A DNA stretch of 64,000 bases, from NCBI GenBank assembly GCA_051252375.1, contig JBPOFY010000001.1, forward strand, positions 448,001 to 512,000. The letters run 5' to 3'. Positions within the stretch are counted from its first letter, which is position 1; the number at the start of each line of letters is the position of its first letter. The notes beneath the pieces were generated by a model. That model was given only the letters and a program-made list of their open reading frames with translations, was not told the origin of the DNA and searched no databases. Of the stretch, positions 37,423 through 47,321 are shown in pieces. This DNA is from Opitutaceae bacterium. GTDB lineage: Bacteria; Verrucomicrobiota; Verrucomicrobiia; Opitutales; Coraliomargaritaceae. The position numbers and the translations under genes were made by a program.

Positions 37423-37564
37423 ATTTAACCTCGATTACATTGATCGAGCGACTTTTGATCGGCGCGAATTGCCTTTTTGGTTTCTATGCTGGTATTTCGC
37501 GTTAAGGGATGCTGAATCGAACCTTGTTTTCCTTATGCAGCGAGGTATTTTCAGAACAAAATAT

Positions 37565-40132
37565 ATGGCAAGAACAGCAAAGAAGAAAGTCGCGAAGCGC
37601 AAAGTCGTTTCTCAGCCCCGTAAAGCCCAATCACGCCCGATCTGGGCGTTATTGTTCTTCACGATGGCGGCACTGGTATTGGTGGCGGTCTTTGATTATA
37701 ATACAGGTCAATACAATGCGAGCCCGCCAACCGATACAAATTTAGTTGGGCATTTCGGTAGTTTTATCGGCTTTCACGGCTTTCATTACCTCGGTGTCTC
37801 GATCTGGTTGCTACCGATGTATCTACTCTGGTTTGGTGTGCGTTTATTGATTCAGCAGGCACCACGCAAACGAGTGCTGACTGCCGCGGTGTCGTTGCTC
37901 TGTCTGATTTGTGCATCCGGACTGGCTGCGATGATGGCCTCGCCCGACCAAGTCGCGGGTAGTTTGTTTGAGCAACAACTGTCGAATTTTTTTGGTGGTG
38001 TCATCGGTGAATGGATCGCTCCAGTGCTGATGCAGCCTTATGTTGGTCCTTTTGGCACCTTCTTGATTTTAATGATGGGCTTATTGATCGGCTCGATTGT
38101 TGTCTTTACGGATAATTTGGGCCGCCTATTGGATTATCTTCAAAATGCCTACCGCTCCTTTTTGGATGGTCGTGCTACTTCTAAGGAAGAGCGTAAGAAG
38201 CTCAAGGCCGAGCAAGCGGAGGCCAAGCGCCTCGCCAAAATTGAGCAGCAGCGTGAAAAAGAGCAGGCTAAAGCCGATCGCTTAGCGGCGAAAGCAGCGA
38301 AGAAGGCTGGTAAGACGGCACCAGCTGAGGAGCCCGAAGAAGAATCGCCAGCAGATGATGGCCGCAAACCTTCACTCCTTGGCGGTTCGTTTTCAGCGCC
38401 TCCAGGCTTGGCCGCTCCAAAAAAGAAGAAAACCACTCCAAAGCGTTCGCTCACTGTGCCGCCCATGGAGAAAGAACCGGAGCCCCCAGTTGAGCCACCC
38501 ACAGAAGAGCTGAAAAAGCCGAAGTTTGACCCTTCAATGATTAAGGTGATCGCAGGTCAAAAGGCAGAGAAGTCAGCGGTTGCCAATATCCCAGAGCGTC
38601 GTGGTGATTATACCTTCCCGCCACTCAAGTTACTTGCTGAACCGCAAGATACCTCGAATGCGCCACAGGAAGACCACGCCGGCACAATGGAGGCACTCGT
38701 CCGCACGCTTGAAGAATTTGGTGTCAAAGTCATACCCGGCGAAATCCACACTGGCCCAGTCATCACTCGCTACGAAGTGACGCCAGCGCCTGGAGTGCGC
38801 GTGGAGAAGATTGTAAATTTGGATAAGAACATCGCCTTGGGACTTAAAGCGATGTCGGTTCGTATTCTCGCGCCTGTTCCTGGTAAGGGCACGGTCGGGA
38901 TCGAAGTGCCTAACAAGGTCGCGCAAGCGGTTTGCATGCGGGACATCGTCGAATCCAAGGCATGGGCCGAGGCAAATGCGGAAATTCCAGTCGTGCTTGG
39001 GCAGGATGTGACCGGTAAGCCGATGGTGATGGATCTCACTAAGATGCCCCACGTCTTGATTGCCGGTTCCACTGGTTCCGGTAAGACCGTCTGTATCAAC
39101 GCGATCATTGCTTCGCTGCTGTATCACTCGGGTCCTGAGGATTTACGTTTCATCATGGTCGACCCCAAGGTGGTGGAAATGCAGATGTATAATGCATTGC
39201 CGCACATGTTGATTCCAGTGGTGACCGAGGCTAAGAAAGTGCCTGGTGCGCTCAAGTGGCTGATCGCCGAGATGGAGCACCGCTATCAGATCTTTGCCAA
39301 AACCAATGTTCGGAATATTGCCGGCTTCAACGCGAAGATCGCGAAGGACAAAGAAGAGCAAGCCAAGGCCGAAGCAATGGATGCCGAAATGAGTCCGGAA
39401 GAGCGTCACGCGCTCAGCAACATGGAAGTGCCGCGCGATGACGACGCCTTCGAAATTCCGAAAAAGAAACTACCTTACATCGTCTGTATAATCGACGAGC
39501 TTGCTGACCTCATGATGGTCGCACCCGCCGACATCGAAACATGTATTGCGCGGATTGCTCAGCTCGCACGTGCTGCAGGTATTCACCTGATTCTCGCGAC
39601 ACAGCGTCCATCGGTGAATGTCATCACCGGTGTGATTAAGGCCAATTTGCCCAGCCGTATTTCGTTCAAGGTCGCATCTAAGATCGACAGTCGCACGATT
39701 CTCGATGGTGGCGGCGCCGAAGCACTGATCGGGCGTGGTGACATGCTCTTCATTCCTCCCGGCACATCCAATCTAGTGCGTGCACAGGGTGCCTTCGTTT
39801 CGGACGAAGAAATTGAAGCGATCGTCGACTTCCTGAAGGATAACAACGATCCGCCAGACATCGCACAAGAGGTGCAGAAGCAAATCGATCTCGGTGGCGA
39901 CGACGGCACTGGTGACGACGGCGGTCCAAGTGATGGCGACGAGCTTTTGCCTGACGCGATTGACGTGCTACGTTCGACTAAGCGCGCCTCGACTTCGATG
40001 CTTCAGCGTCGCTTACGTATCGGCTACAACCGCGCGGCTCGTCTCATGGAAGAACTCGAAGAGCGCGGCATCGTAGGACCTGAAAACGGCTCCAGCCCTC
40101 GTGAGATAATGGTGGATTTGGACTCGATGTAA
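37565..40132 (+). CDS. ftsK: DNA translocase FtsK
   Basis: N-terminal TM domain; PHVLIAGSTGSGKT Walker A; IIDELADLM; ATQRPSV; gamma domain ASTSMLQRRLRIGYNRAARL. Start placed at ATG 37565. Confidence 0.95.
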   Translation: MARTAKKKVAKRKVVSQPRKAQSRPIWALLFFTMAALVLVAVFDYNTGQYNASPPTDTNLVGHFGSFIGFHGFHYLGVSIWLLPMYLLWFGVRLLIQQAPRKRVLTAAVSLLCLICASGLAAMMASPDQVAGSLFEQQLSNFFGGVIGEWIAPVLMQPYVGPFGTFLILMMGLLIGSIVVFTDNLGRLLDYLQNAYRSFLDGRATSKEERKKLKAEQAEAKRLAKIEQQREKEQAKADRLAAKAAKKAGKTAPAEEPEEESPADDGRKPSLLGGSFSAPPGLAAPKKKKTTPKRSLTVPPMEKEPEPPVEPPTEELKKPKFDPSMIKVIAGQKAEKSAVANIPERRGDYTFPPLKLLAEPQDTSNAPQEDHAGTMEALVRTLEEFGVKVIPGEIHTGPVITRYEVTPAPGVRVEKIVNLDKNIALGLKAMSVRILAPVPGKGTVGIEVPNKVAQAVCMRDIVESKAWAEANAEIPVVLGQDVTGKPMVMDLTKMPHVLIAGSTGSGKTVCINAIIASLLYHSGPEDLRFIMVDPKVVEMQMYNALPHMLIPVVTEAKKVPGALKWLIAEMEHRYQIFAKTNVRNIAGFNAKIAKDKEEQAKAEAMDAEMSPEERHALSNMEVPRDDDAFEIPKKKLPYIVCIIDELADLMMVAPADIETCIARIAQLARAAGIHLILATQRPSVNVITGVIKANLPSRISFKVASKIDSRTILDGGGAEALIGRGDMLFIPPGTSNLVRAQGAFVSDEEIEAIVDFLKDNNDPPDIAQEVQKQIDLGGDDGTGDDGGPSDGDELLPDAIDVLRSTKRASTSMLQRRLRIGYNRAARLMEELEERGIVGPENGSSPREIMVDLDSM

Positions 40133-40135
40133 GCG

Positions 40136-40561
40136 ATGAGCCAAGACGACTCCCACATCGATTCGCTCGCGATTGCGCATTACGTAGTGGGAGGGTTTAT
40201 GGTTTTGTTTTCCTGCATGCCTTTGATGCATATGTTCATGGGGCTGATGATGGTCATGGATGTCGGGAATATGCAGGAGGCGATGGTGGCTCAAAATGAA
40301 ACGCAACCGATGCCGTTCCCGCCAGCGCTGTTTGGCTGGTTCTTCTTTGGTGTCGGGCTGCTCTTTTTTCTGATCGGCCAAGCGATCTCGATTTCAGTGA
40401 TCATCTCTGGTCGTTTCCTGCATCAGCGAAAGAATTATATGTTCTCCTTCGTGCTGGCTTGTATCGCTTGTATGTTTGTCCCCTTCGGCACGGTGCTTGG
40501 TGTGTTTACCATTATTGTGCTCTCGCGTGAATCGGTCAAAATGCTCTATGGTCGGAGCTGA
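40136..40561 (+). CDS. Small hypothetical membrane protein
   Basis: Three to four hydrophobic segments ending PFGTVLGVFTIIVL; begins 3 bp after the ftsK stop. Confidence 0.75.
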   Translation: MSQDDSHIDSLAIAHYVVGGFMVLFSCMPLMHMFMGLMMVMDVGNMQEAMVAQNETQPMPFPPALFGWFFFGVGLLFFLIGQAISISVIISGRFLHQRKNYMFSFVLACIACMFVPFGTVLGVFTIIVLSRESVKMLYGRS

Positions 40562-40583
40562 TTCATTTCACCACGTTTAAAAA

Positions 40584-40997
40584 ATGGCCCGCCGACGCTC
40601 ATCGAAACCACCGGAAGAAGATTTCCCTATGACGCCGATGATCGATATGGTCTTCCTGTTGTTGGTCTTCTTTATGACAGTCAGCACATTGGCCCAAGCA
40701 GATAGGCGCGTGAAACTCGACTTGCCTGAATCGTCGCAGAGTGACGTGCCGGAAGATTTGTCGGACCGTGGCACGATCTCTTTGGATGCTGAGGGCGCGA
40801 TCTATCTTGGCGCGCAAGTGCGTAGCTTGGATGAAATGCAGAGCGCGATTCAAGAGTCGCTGGAGCTCAACCCAGACTTGCGGATCCACGTTCGAGCCGA
40901 TCAAGCGACAGCCTACAGTGACATTAAAAAAGTCCTCCGTGCCTGCGCGGAAGTGGGGGCTTACGAAGTGATCTACGCCACCTACCAATCGAAATAG
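40584..40997 (+). CDS. exbD: ExbD/TolR family biopolymer transport protein
   Basis: MTPMIDMVFLLLVFFM; LDLPES; IHVRADQ..Y..IKKVL. Confidence 0.9.
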   Translation: MARRRSSKPPEEDFPMTPMIDMVFLLLVFFMTVSTLAQADRRVKLDLPESSQSDVPEDLSDRGTISLDAEGAIYLGAQVRSLDEMQSAIQESLELNPDLRIHVRADQATAYSDIKKVLRACAEVGAYEVIYATYQSK

Positions 40998-40999
40998 CC

Positions 41000-41443
41000 A
41001 TGGCCAAACTAAAGAAGAAAGCAGAAGAGAAGATCAGCATCCCGATCGCACCGATGATCGATGTGGTCTTTCTCTTGCTGATTTACTTTATGGTTTCATC
41101 AACATTGGAGCAGCAGGAGGCGGACCTCTCGTTTCAGTTGCCGGGCTCAGTCGAGCAGGACGAACCACTGGATCTTCCAGATGAGCAAATCATTGAGATC
41201 CGGGAAGATGGCCAAGTTGTGGTGAACGACTATCCCTATGACGCGCCAGACGCGCCCCGCTTGGAAGAATTAGCAGCGATGCTGACACGTTTTCGCGAAG
41301 CGAGCGCTGCCAATAAAGTAGAGGCGATTGTGACGATTTCGCCCTCCGATTCTGTGGCACATGCTCAAATCGTTAAGGTGATGGACGCCTGCTCTATGGC
41401 TGGAGTGGAAGCAGTTAATTTCGCCTTGGGCGATGATTCGTGA
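41000..41443 (+). CDS. exbD: ExbD/TolR family biopolymer transport protein
   Basis: IAPMIDVVFLLLIYFMV; IVKVMDACSMAGV. Confidence 0.9.
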   Translation: MAKLKKKAEEKISIPIAPMIDVVFLLLIYFMVSSTLEQQEADLSFQLPGSVEQDEPLDLPDEQIIEIREDGQVVVNDYPYDAPDAPRLEELAAMLTRFREASAANKVEAIVTISPSDSVAHAQIVKVMDACSMAGVEAVNFALGDDS

Positions 41444-41444
41444 A

Positions 41445-41493
41445 ACCCCTCCGTCTGCGGCAAGCGCAGACACCTCCCCTTAGCAGGGGAGGA
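41445..41493. repeat. Double-hairpin REP-like intergenic element
   Basis: GTCTGCG-gcaag-CGCAGAC, then CCTCCCCT-tagc-AGGGGAGG, immediately after the exbD stop. Confidence 0.55.
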
Positions 41494-41529
41494 GCTTTCT
41501 TTGGCGTGTTCGCTCCAGAACAGATTAAG

Positions 41530-41624
41530 GTAGGGGCGGTCGTCCCGACCGCCATTGCATGTTGCTTAGCTCCTAGTCAGGTTGAGCGACTCAGACGTGT
41601 GGCGATGGGGACCATCGCCGCTAC
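41530..41624. repeat. Inverted pair of GTAG-type REP palindromes (REPIN-like)
   Basis: GTAG-GGGCGGTCGTCCCGACCGCC (41530-53) and, on the opposite strand, GTAG-CGGCGATGGTCCCCATCGCC (41624-41601). Confidence 0.65.
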
Positions 41625-41683
41625 CAATTAAAGCCAAAAGCATCTATAGAGTGTGGTGTTAATCCACAGAATCCGTGCTGCTT

Positions 41684-43354
41684 CTACGCCAATACGCCCA
41701 TGGTCTTCAGCAAGGTGGAGACATAAGGGATGAGTTGTTTCTTGCGACTGACGATGCCGGCGAGTTCGTAGATATTACTTTGGCCGCGCTGCGGATAGTT
41801 GATCTGGCTTTTTAGTTCTTCGCTGCCTGCGACGACCAAGAGCGAGTCCTGTGAGTTGATGTCAGTGACGAGGAGGAAGCAAAATAGTAGGTCTTCTTCT
41901 GCCCGATATGCTTCCAGAGCCTTGTCTAGATCGTCTTCTTTCTCCCAGAAGTTATTGAAGCCCAATTCTTCAATCTGTGAGACGGAGTAGCGGAATTCAC
42001 CTTCGTCGTAAATCTTGCAGTCGGAACTGATGACTTTCTCGGGTGGGTTATTGATGATGACGGAACCAGCGGTAAAGATAAGATCTGCGAGCTCTTTAGG
42101 CTCGATGCCTGCAATAGGAGAAAGCCAGTCGAGTAGCTCGCCTTCAAGCGGAGTGGTTGTTGGGCTATTGAGTAATAAAGTGTCGGAAATGATTCCAGCC
42201 ATCATGACACCCGCAATACCCTGAGTCGGTGTGAGCGAGTGTGAGCGGAAGAGGTCCGCCACGATCGAGCAGGTGGATCCGACCGGTCGATTGATAAAGA
42301 GGATCGGTTGCTCGGTGGGGATGTTGCCCAGACGGTGGTGATCTAGGATTTCGGTAATCTGGACTTCGCTGGCACCGTTGACGGCTTGCCCGAGCTCGTT
42401 GTGATCGACGAGTGCGATGCGTGTGCTACTGGGGCGTAAAATATCACTCTTAGAGAAGACCCCGATCAGCTTTTTGTCGTCATCGACGACAAGGTAAAGA
42501 GGGTGGTTCAAGTTGGCGATACGGCGCTTGATGGAGGAGATGCGATCTTCTCTTGTGAAGCAAATTACTTCACTTTCGACTAAGCCTTCAATGTGTGTGG
42601 CGGTGCGAATGATCCATGAGGTAGTGGCCGAGTCGTAGGGGCTGACGATGAGAGAAACGCCGCGCTCTTTAGCTCGGGCGACCATGTCTTCATCGACTTC
42701 GAGTCCGCCTGTGATGACTAAGAGGCGAATGCCGAGTTGCAGGCAGCGCTCTTGAATGTCCCAGCGGTCACCCACGATGATGATGCTCTTGCTCGAAGGC
42801 ATACCATCTTCTTTGTGATGACTGCCAAACGAGCGGATGTCCATTGCGCCGATACGGACATAGAGCTCTTCGAGGCAATCGGGCTTGTCTGAGTGCAGGA
42901 CTTTGGCGCTTAGCGAGCGAATGATAGAATCGATGCTCGTGTGCACTCGCCGCATGAGGCGTGGCTCTTTTGGCTTTGGTATGAAAAATTCGCCGAGCTG
43001 GAAAATGGAGATCATGCCTTCGACATGATTGGTCTCAGTGACTACGGGTAGTGCCCGGACATCAAACTTATCGATCAGCTCGAGGGCTTCCGCGCAGGTG
43101 CTATCTTTGGTGACGCTACGCACCTGTTGACGCATGATATTTTCTACGCGTGGGGTGACGTCACCGATGAAGAGTGGCAGCTTGACTTTGAATCGATCGA
43201 GGATCGCGTCGATGCGGGCGTTGGAGTTGCCGCAGCGTGCAGCTACGTAGTGAGTTTCGCCAATGGCGTGCTTAAACGCTTCGTAAGCGAGCGCAGAGCA
43301 GATGGCATCGGCGTCAGGGTTCTTGTGACCTAGTATGTAGATTGGGTCTGACAT
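41684..43354 (-). CDS. ppaC: Mn-dependent (family II, DHH) inorganic pyrophosphatase with CBS-DRTGG-CBS insert
   Basis: GHKNPDADAICS; CBS domains; VGDR..ITGG (DRTGG); LVDHNE; LDHH; PVGSTC; IISDTL; VSRKKQ. Start placed at ATG 43354. Confidence 0.9.
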   Translation of the reverse strand: MSDPIYILGHKNPDADAICSALAYEAFKHAIGETHYVAARCGNSNARIDAILDRFKVKLPLFIGDVTPRVENIMRQQVRSVTKDSTCAEALELIDKFDVRALPVVTETNHVEGMISIFQLGEFFIPKPKEPRLMRRVHTSIDSIIRSLSAKVLHSDKPDCLEELYVRIGAMDIRSFGSHHKEDGMPSSKSIIIVGDRWDIQERCLQLGIRLLVITGGLEVDEDMVARAKERGVSLIVSPYDSATTSWIIRTATHIEGLVESEVICFTREDRISSIKRRIANLNHPLYLVVDDDKKLIGVFSKSDILRPSSTRIALVDHNELGQAVNGASEVQITEILDHHRLGNIPTEQPILFINRPVGSTCSIVADLFRSHSLTPTQGIAGVMMAGIISDTLLLNSPTTTPLEGELLDWLSPIAGIEPKELADLIFTAGSVIINNPPEKVISSDCKIYDEGEFRYSVSQIEELGFNNFWEKEDDLDKALEAYRAEEDLLFCFLLVTDINSQDSLLVVAGSEELKSQINYPQRGQSNIYELAGIVSRKKQLIPYVSTLLKTMGVLA

Positions 43355-43419
43355 TATAGGGTCTAAAGAAAGCAGAAGCTTTGCCTTGAACAACGCCAAA
43401 GTGAGGGATTTGGGCAAAG

Positions 43420-43451
43420 AAAAAGCCAGCTCCCTGCGGAGCTGGCTTTTT
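43420..43451 (-). terminator. Intrinsic terminator (symmetric) downstream of the prepilin-like gene
   Basis: AAAAAGCCAGCTCC-ctgc-GGAGCTGGCTTTTT. Confidence 0.85.
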
Positions 43452-43465
43452 AAGCGGGAAATTAA

Positions 43466-44176
43466 TTAATTGCTGTCAGCTCTTAGGATTTCCTTTTTCG
43501 AACTAACAGTTGAACTGATCACATCATTGATGTTTGTGGTGGTTTGTCCGTTGGTCGGGTTGTTTAACGCACCATCTTCAGTTTCGTCTAATTCATTGTA
43601 GAATTGAACGTGACCATCGAGGAAAGCGATGTGTCCGCCGCGCTTCCAAGGTGTATCGACTCCCCAGACGCCAGAAGCCTCAAGTCCACGAGTCCAAATC
43701 AATGGTGTTGTAGAAGTTGGATCACTTCCGCCGACACCAAGAGCAAAGTCATAGCTGACTGGGACGGATGAACTCCAGTTGTCGTCATTCCAGACATTTG
43801 AGCTATCGCGATACCCGATTACTTGAGGTAACGTTTCGCCAATGACTAGTTCATCGCTATCAATAGTCCAGATAGCTGCGTCTGTGAGGTCAACTTTCTC
43901 GGCGAGGAATGCTGCAACGCCTTGAACTGTCTTTCCGCCCTTTACTCCAGTTAATTTTGATTCAGTCAAAACTTTCACTTTGCCGCCAGAAGTGGAGTAG
44001 GTTGCATAGGAAACGGCAATAGAGCGAATGTTGCTGGATGATTTCATCTTTTGCGCAACTTCACGAACCTTGCCAACGGCAGGGATCAAAATAGCGGCAA
44101 GAATACCGATAATTGCGATAACAGTGAGCAGCTCAATGAGGGTAAAGCCTGCGCGAGGGGATTTTGGTGTTTTCAT
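43466..44176 (-). CDS. Type IV prepilin-like N-methylation protein with C-terminal H-X9-DG-like motif
   Basis: AG|FTLIELLTVIAIIGILAAILIPAVGKVRE; GGHIAFLDGHV. Start placed at ATG 44176. Confidence 0.9.
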   Translation of the reverse strand: MKTPKSPRAGFTLIELLTVIAIIGILAAILIPAVGKVREVAQKMKSSSNIRSIAVSYATYSTSGGKVKVLTESKLTGVKGGKTVQGVAAFLAEKVDLTDAAIWTIDSDELVIGETLPQVIGYRDSSNVWNDDNWSSSVPVSYDFALGVGGSDPTSTTPLIWTRGLEASGVWGVDTPWKRGGHIAFLDGHVQFYNELDETEDGALNNPTNGQTTTNINDVISSTVSSKKEILRADSN

Positions 44177-44310
44177 ATTAATATAATAAATGAGTGAGGA
44201 GTGAACCCGCCAGTAAGTGGGAAGACTGCTGACGATGCTCCAATGTAGGTCATTTACTTTATTAAGTCCAATTCTTTTTCGCATCTGTTTGAATTAGACA
44301 GCTTGGATCT

Positions 44311-44346
44311 AAAAAGCTCCTGTCGCATAAGGCGAACAGGAGCTTT
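44311..44346 (-). terminator. Intrinsic terminator after glyA
   Basis: AAAAAGCTCCTGT...ACAGGAGCTTT; reads as a hairpin plus T-run on the minus strand. Confidence 0.75.
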
Positions 44347-44376
44347 GTAGATGAAATGACTGTAAGTTGCGCTTGT

Positions 44377-45657
44377 TTACGAGGCGTAAGGCAATGGGTG
44401 CTTTTGGCAGAGGTCCAGTGCGATTTCTTTCGCTTTGGCAATGACGGCTTCGTCAGTGGGCGCGCCGAGCACAAGGTCGATGGCTTCTGCGATTTTGACC
44501 ATATCGGCTTCGACGAGACCACGGCTAGTCACCGCAGGAGTGCCTAGGCGGATACCGCTTGTTTGGAATGGGCTGCGGGTTTCGCCGGGGACGGTGTTTT
44601 TATTGGACGTGATGTTGGCTTTATCGAGCGCGATTTGTGCTACCTTGCCGGTGAGCTCGGGGTCTTTGACGCGAAGGTCGATCATCATGAGGTGGTTGTC
44701 GGTGCCACCGCTGATGATGTGGTGTCCGCGTTCCATGAGCGCGTTCGCAAGCGCCTTTGCATTTGCTGCTACTTGTTTTTGGTAAGTTTTGAATTCTTCC
44801 GAGGCGGCTTCCTTGAAGCAAACTGCTTTGCCGGCGATAACATGCATGAGTGGTCCACCTTGGATGCCGGGGAATACTGCAGAATCGATCTTTTTGGCAT
44901 GCTCGGCCTTGCACATGATCAGACCGCCGCGAGGGCCGCGTAGAGTCTTGTGTGTGGTCGTAGTAACGAAGTCCGCATGCGGAATTGGAGACGGGTGGAC
45001 GCCAGTCGCGACTAGGCCTGCGATATGCGCGATGTCTGCCATCAAGTAGGCACCCACTTCGCGAGCAATTTCACCCATGCGGGCAAAGTCAATGATGCGA
45101 GAGTAGGCAGATGCGCCCACAGTGATCATTTTGGGTTGCTCTTTGCGCGCGGTTTCGGCGATGCCATCGTAATCGATGAGGCCATCTTCGACGCCGACAC
45201 CGTAGTTGACGACTTCGTGGTAGATGCCACTGAAATTCATTGGGTGACCGTGTGTCAGGTGCCCGCCGTCGGAAAGATTCATAGTTAGGATCTTGTCACC
45301 CGGGCGTAGCACGGAGAGGTAAACAGCCGCGTTTGCTTGGCTGCCTGAGTGGGGCTGAACGTTGGCATGGTCGGCACCGAAAAGAGCTTTTGCGCGCTCT
45401 ATCGCAAGTGTTTCGACGACGTCCACGTGTTCGCAGCCACCATAGTAGCGTTTGCCGGGGTAGCCTTCGGCGTATTTGTTAGTGAGCACGCTACCTTGCG
45501 CTTCGATGACGGAAGGGTAGGTGAAATTCTCCGAGGCGATTAACTCGAGGTGGCTCTCCTGGCGCTTGCGCTCGGCGGCTATAGCTGCAGCGATTTCCGG
45601 ATCGACGCTTGCGAGCGGTTCAGGGTTGAGGGCGGATGGCTGTGTAGCTGATGTCAT
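44377..45657 (-). CDS. glyA: Serine hydroxymethyltransferase
   Basis: [39 protein letters not shown]-lysine motif. Confidence 0.97.
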   Translation of the reverse strand: MTSATQPSALNPEPLASVDPEIAAAIAAERKRQESHLELIASENFTYPSVIEAQGSVLTNKYAEGYPGKRYYGGCEHVDVVETLAIERAKALFGADHANVQPHSGSQANAAVYLSVLRPGDKILTMNLSDGGHLTHGHPMNFSGIYHEVVNYGVGVEDGLIDYDGIAETARKEQPKMITVGASAYSRIIDFARMGEIAREVGAYLMADIAHIAGLVATGVHPSPIPHADFVTTTTHKTLRGPRGGLIMCKAEHAKKIDSAVFPGIQGGPLMHVIAGKAVCFKEAASEEFKTYQKQVAANAKALANALMERGHHIISGGTDNHLMMIDLRVKDPELTGKVAQIALDKANITSNKNTVPGETRSPFQTSGIRLGTPAVTSRGLVEADMVKIAEAIDLVLGAPTDEAVIAKAKEIALDLCQKHPLPYAS

Positions 45658-45709
45658 GACGATAATATTGCGTTATATGAAAATTCTTTAGTATGTCGGT
45701 TCTGTGTGA

Positions 45710-47245
45710 TTAGAAAGGCCAGACCCAACTTTTCTTGGATGGGCGCTTGGATGTTTCTTTGGGCTCTGTTGCTTCCTCGACTGCTTCCTCAACTGCCTCG
45801 GCGGTCGCGTTAATCTCGGTGACAGGCTCTGTAGGTTCGCTCACGGGCGCTTCTGTTTCGATGACTTCTGTTTGCGGGATGTTTGGTTTGCTTGCGTCAG
45901 GGTGCTCGCTCCAGAAAGGCCACCACCATGGGTCGCCCTCTTCGGTTTTCTCGTAACCTTCCTCCAGTAGGGCATCGGTTGATGTGTCGGTTTCATCTTC
46001 GCTGAACGGCCAAGCCCAGCGTGCAAAAGTGCGACCCCATCCTGCATCTTCTGTGACTGGAGCAACGCCAGCGGCTTCTGAAAGGGCAAGCATTTGGCGG
46101 GCAACATTCTCACGACCTTGCAAGTGCTCTGCCAGCTTGGATGCATCTGCTGGAGCCGCTGGGTATGTGCGGGTGGGCACACCATCTAGTGGGCGACCCG
46201 GTTTGTATTCATACAGAACGAACCCATGACCGACAGGGCTTAGGATTTGCCTAGAGCCGTTGTCCCAGCGCAGGAAAATATCTTGCCCATCCATACGCCA
46301 GGAACCTTCGAAATTCTTGCCGCGCGAAGTAGTGATGCCCCCGAAGCGACCCAATTCAATTCGTTCGTAAGTGCTCTCATCAATTTTTACGAGCCATGTG
46401 CCCCGGTAAAAAGCTCGAGCGTTTTTACGGCTGGAGAAGGCGATGCCACCAGTATGAATTTCACGCTCGGTATGGTAGGTGGATAGCCAGTTCGCGGGCA
46501 CCTTGTCGTTGATTGTGCGGGTGGCGGTTTGAAACTCGGTTTTGTCGTCTTCGATCACGAACCCAGCGTCGATTCTTTTGTAGGAGTAGGCGCGTTCGTT
46601 TTCGCGCAGGATGGAGTATTGTCCGCTGTCCCAAACGATGTGTAGTTCGCTGCCTTGTTTCGCCCAAGAGCCGCGTAACCCACGGCTATCGCCCCAAGTG
46701 CTGGCGGCCGAGCGGTCCGATTCGATGAAGACATAGTGACTGCCGGAGTCATCGCTGATTTCCCAAATGCCGAAATAGCCTTTTGCTTTGTCTCGGTCTG
46801 AGGCGACTTCGGTGGTGGCAGTTGGTGGCTTGGCCCATTGGCCTAAAACATCCTTAGGCACTTGTTGGGCGGGGACGGTGTAAACTATGTTTTGATTGCG
46901 ATCAACTAGTGAGATTCCGAAGCCCAGCGCATCTCTAAGGATCTTATGTTGGCTACCATTTTGCCATTGAAGCGTGGCGGTTTCATCTGTGCTGGACCAA
47001 GTGCCTTGGTAGACGGTGCGGTCGGTATTATCTCCCCAGAAATAAGAAGCGAGGCCCCCGCGTTTTACGATTAGAATGAGTGCGCCATCATTAGGCGTAT
47101 CGATTTGCCATGTGCCTCGAAACAAATCGTTGCCGGTTTGAGCAAGCGAACTGGAGGCACTGCTGATAGCCAATAGAGTGAGAAGTATTGCTTTCGCGTG
47201 GAGACGGAAGCGGCTAAGGTATCTCTGAGGAGAGAAGATGTTCAT
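45710..47245 (-). CDS. Secreted hypothetical protein with three GxW beta modules and WxWPF motifs
   Basis: Signal peptide; FRGTW, YFGIW and YRGTW modules; acidic tail with RWAWPF, WWWPFW and SWVWPF. Confidence 0.7.
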   Translation of the reverse strand: MNIFSPQRYLSRFRLHAKAILLTLLAISSASSSLAQTGNDLFRGTWQIDTPNDGALILIVKRGGLASYFWGDNTDRTVYQGTWSSTDETATLQWQNGSQHKILRDALGFGISLVDRNQNIVYTVPAQQVPKDVLGQWAKPPTATTEVASDRDKAKGYFGIWEISDDSGSHYVFIESDRSAASTWGDSRGLRGSWAKQGSELHIVWDSGQYSILRENERAYSYKRIDAGFVIEDDKTEFQTATRTINDKVPANWLSTYHTEREIHTGGIAFSSRKNARAFYRGTWLVKIDESTYERIELGRFGGITTSRGKNFEGSWRMDGQDIFLRWDNGSRQILSPVGHGFVLYEYKPGRPLDGVPTRTYPAAPADASKLAEHLQGRENVARQMLALSEAAGVAPVTEDAGWGRTFARWAWPFSEDETDTSTDALLEEGYEKTEEGDPWWWPFWSEHPDASKPNIPQTEVIETEAPVSEPTEPVTEINATAEAVEEAVEEATEPKETSKRPSKKSWVWPF

Positions 47246-47321
47246 GTGAGGTGCATATTTTTCGCTCGTGAGGCATGCAAGTATTAATCATGCCCCATTG
47301 AAAATGCCTAAGCGAAGGGAG

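Noticed and set aside
41440..41631. 63-aa ORF after exbD
   Set aside because: It coincides with the REP-like palindromes and has no protein-like features.
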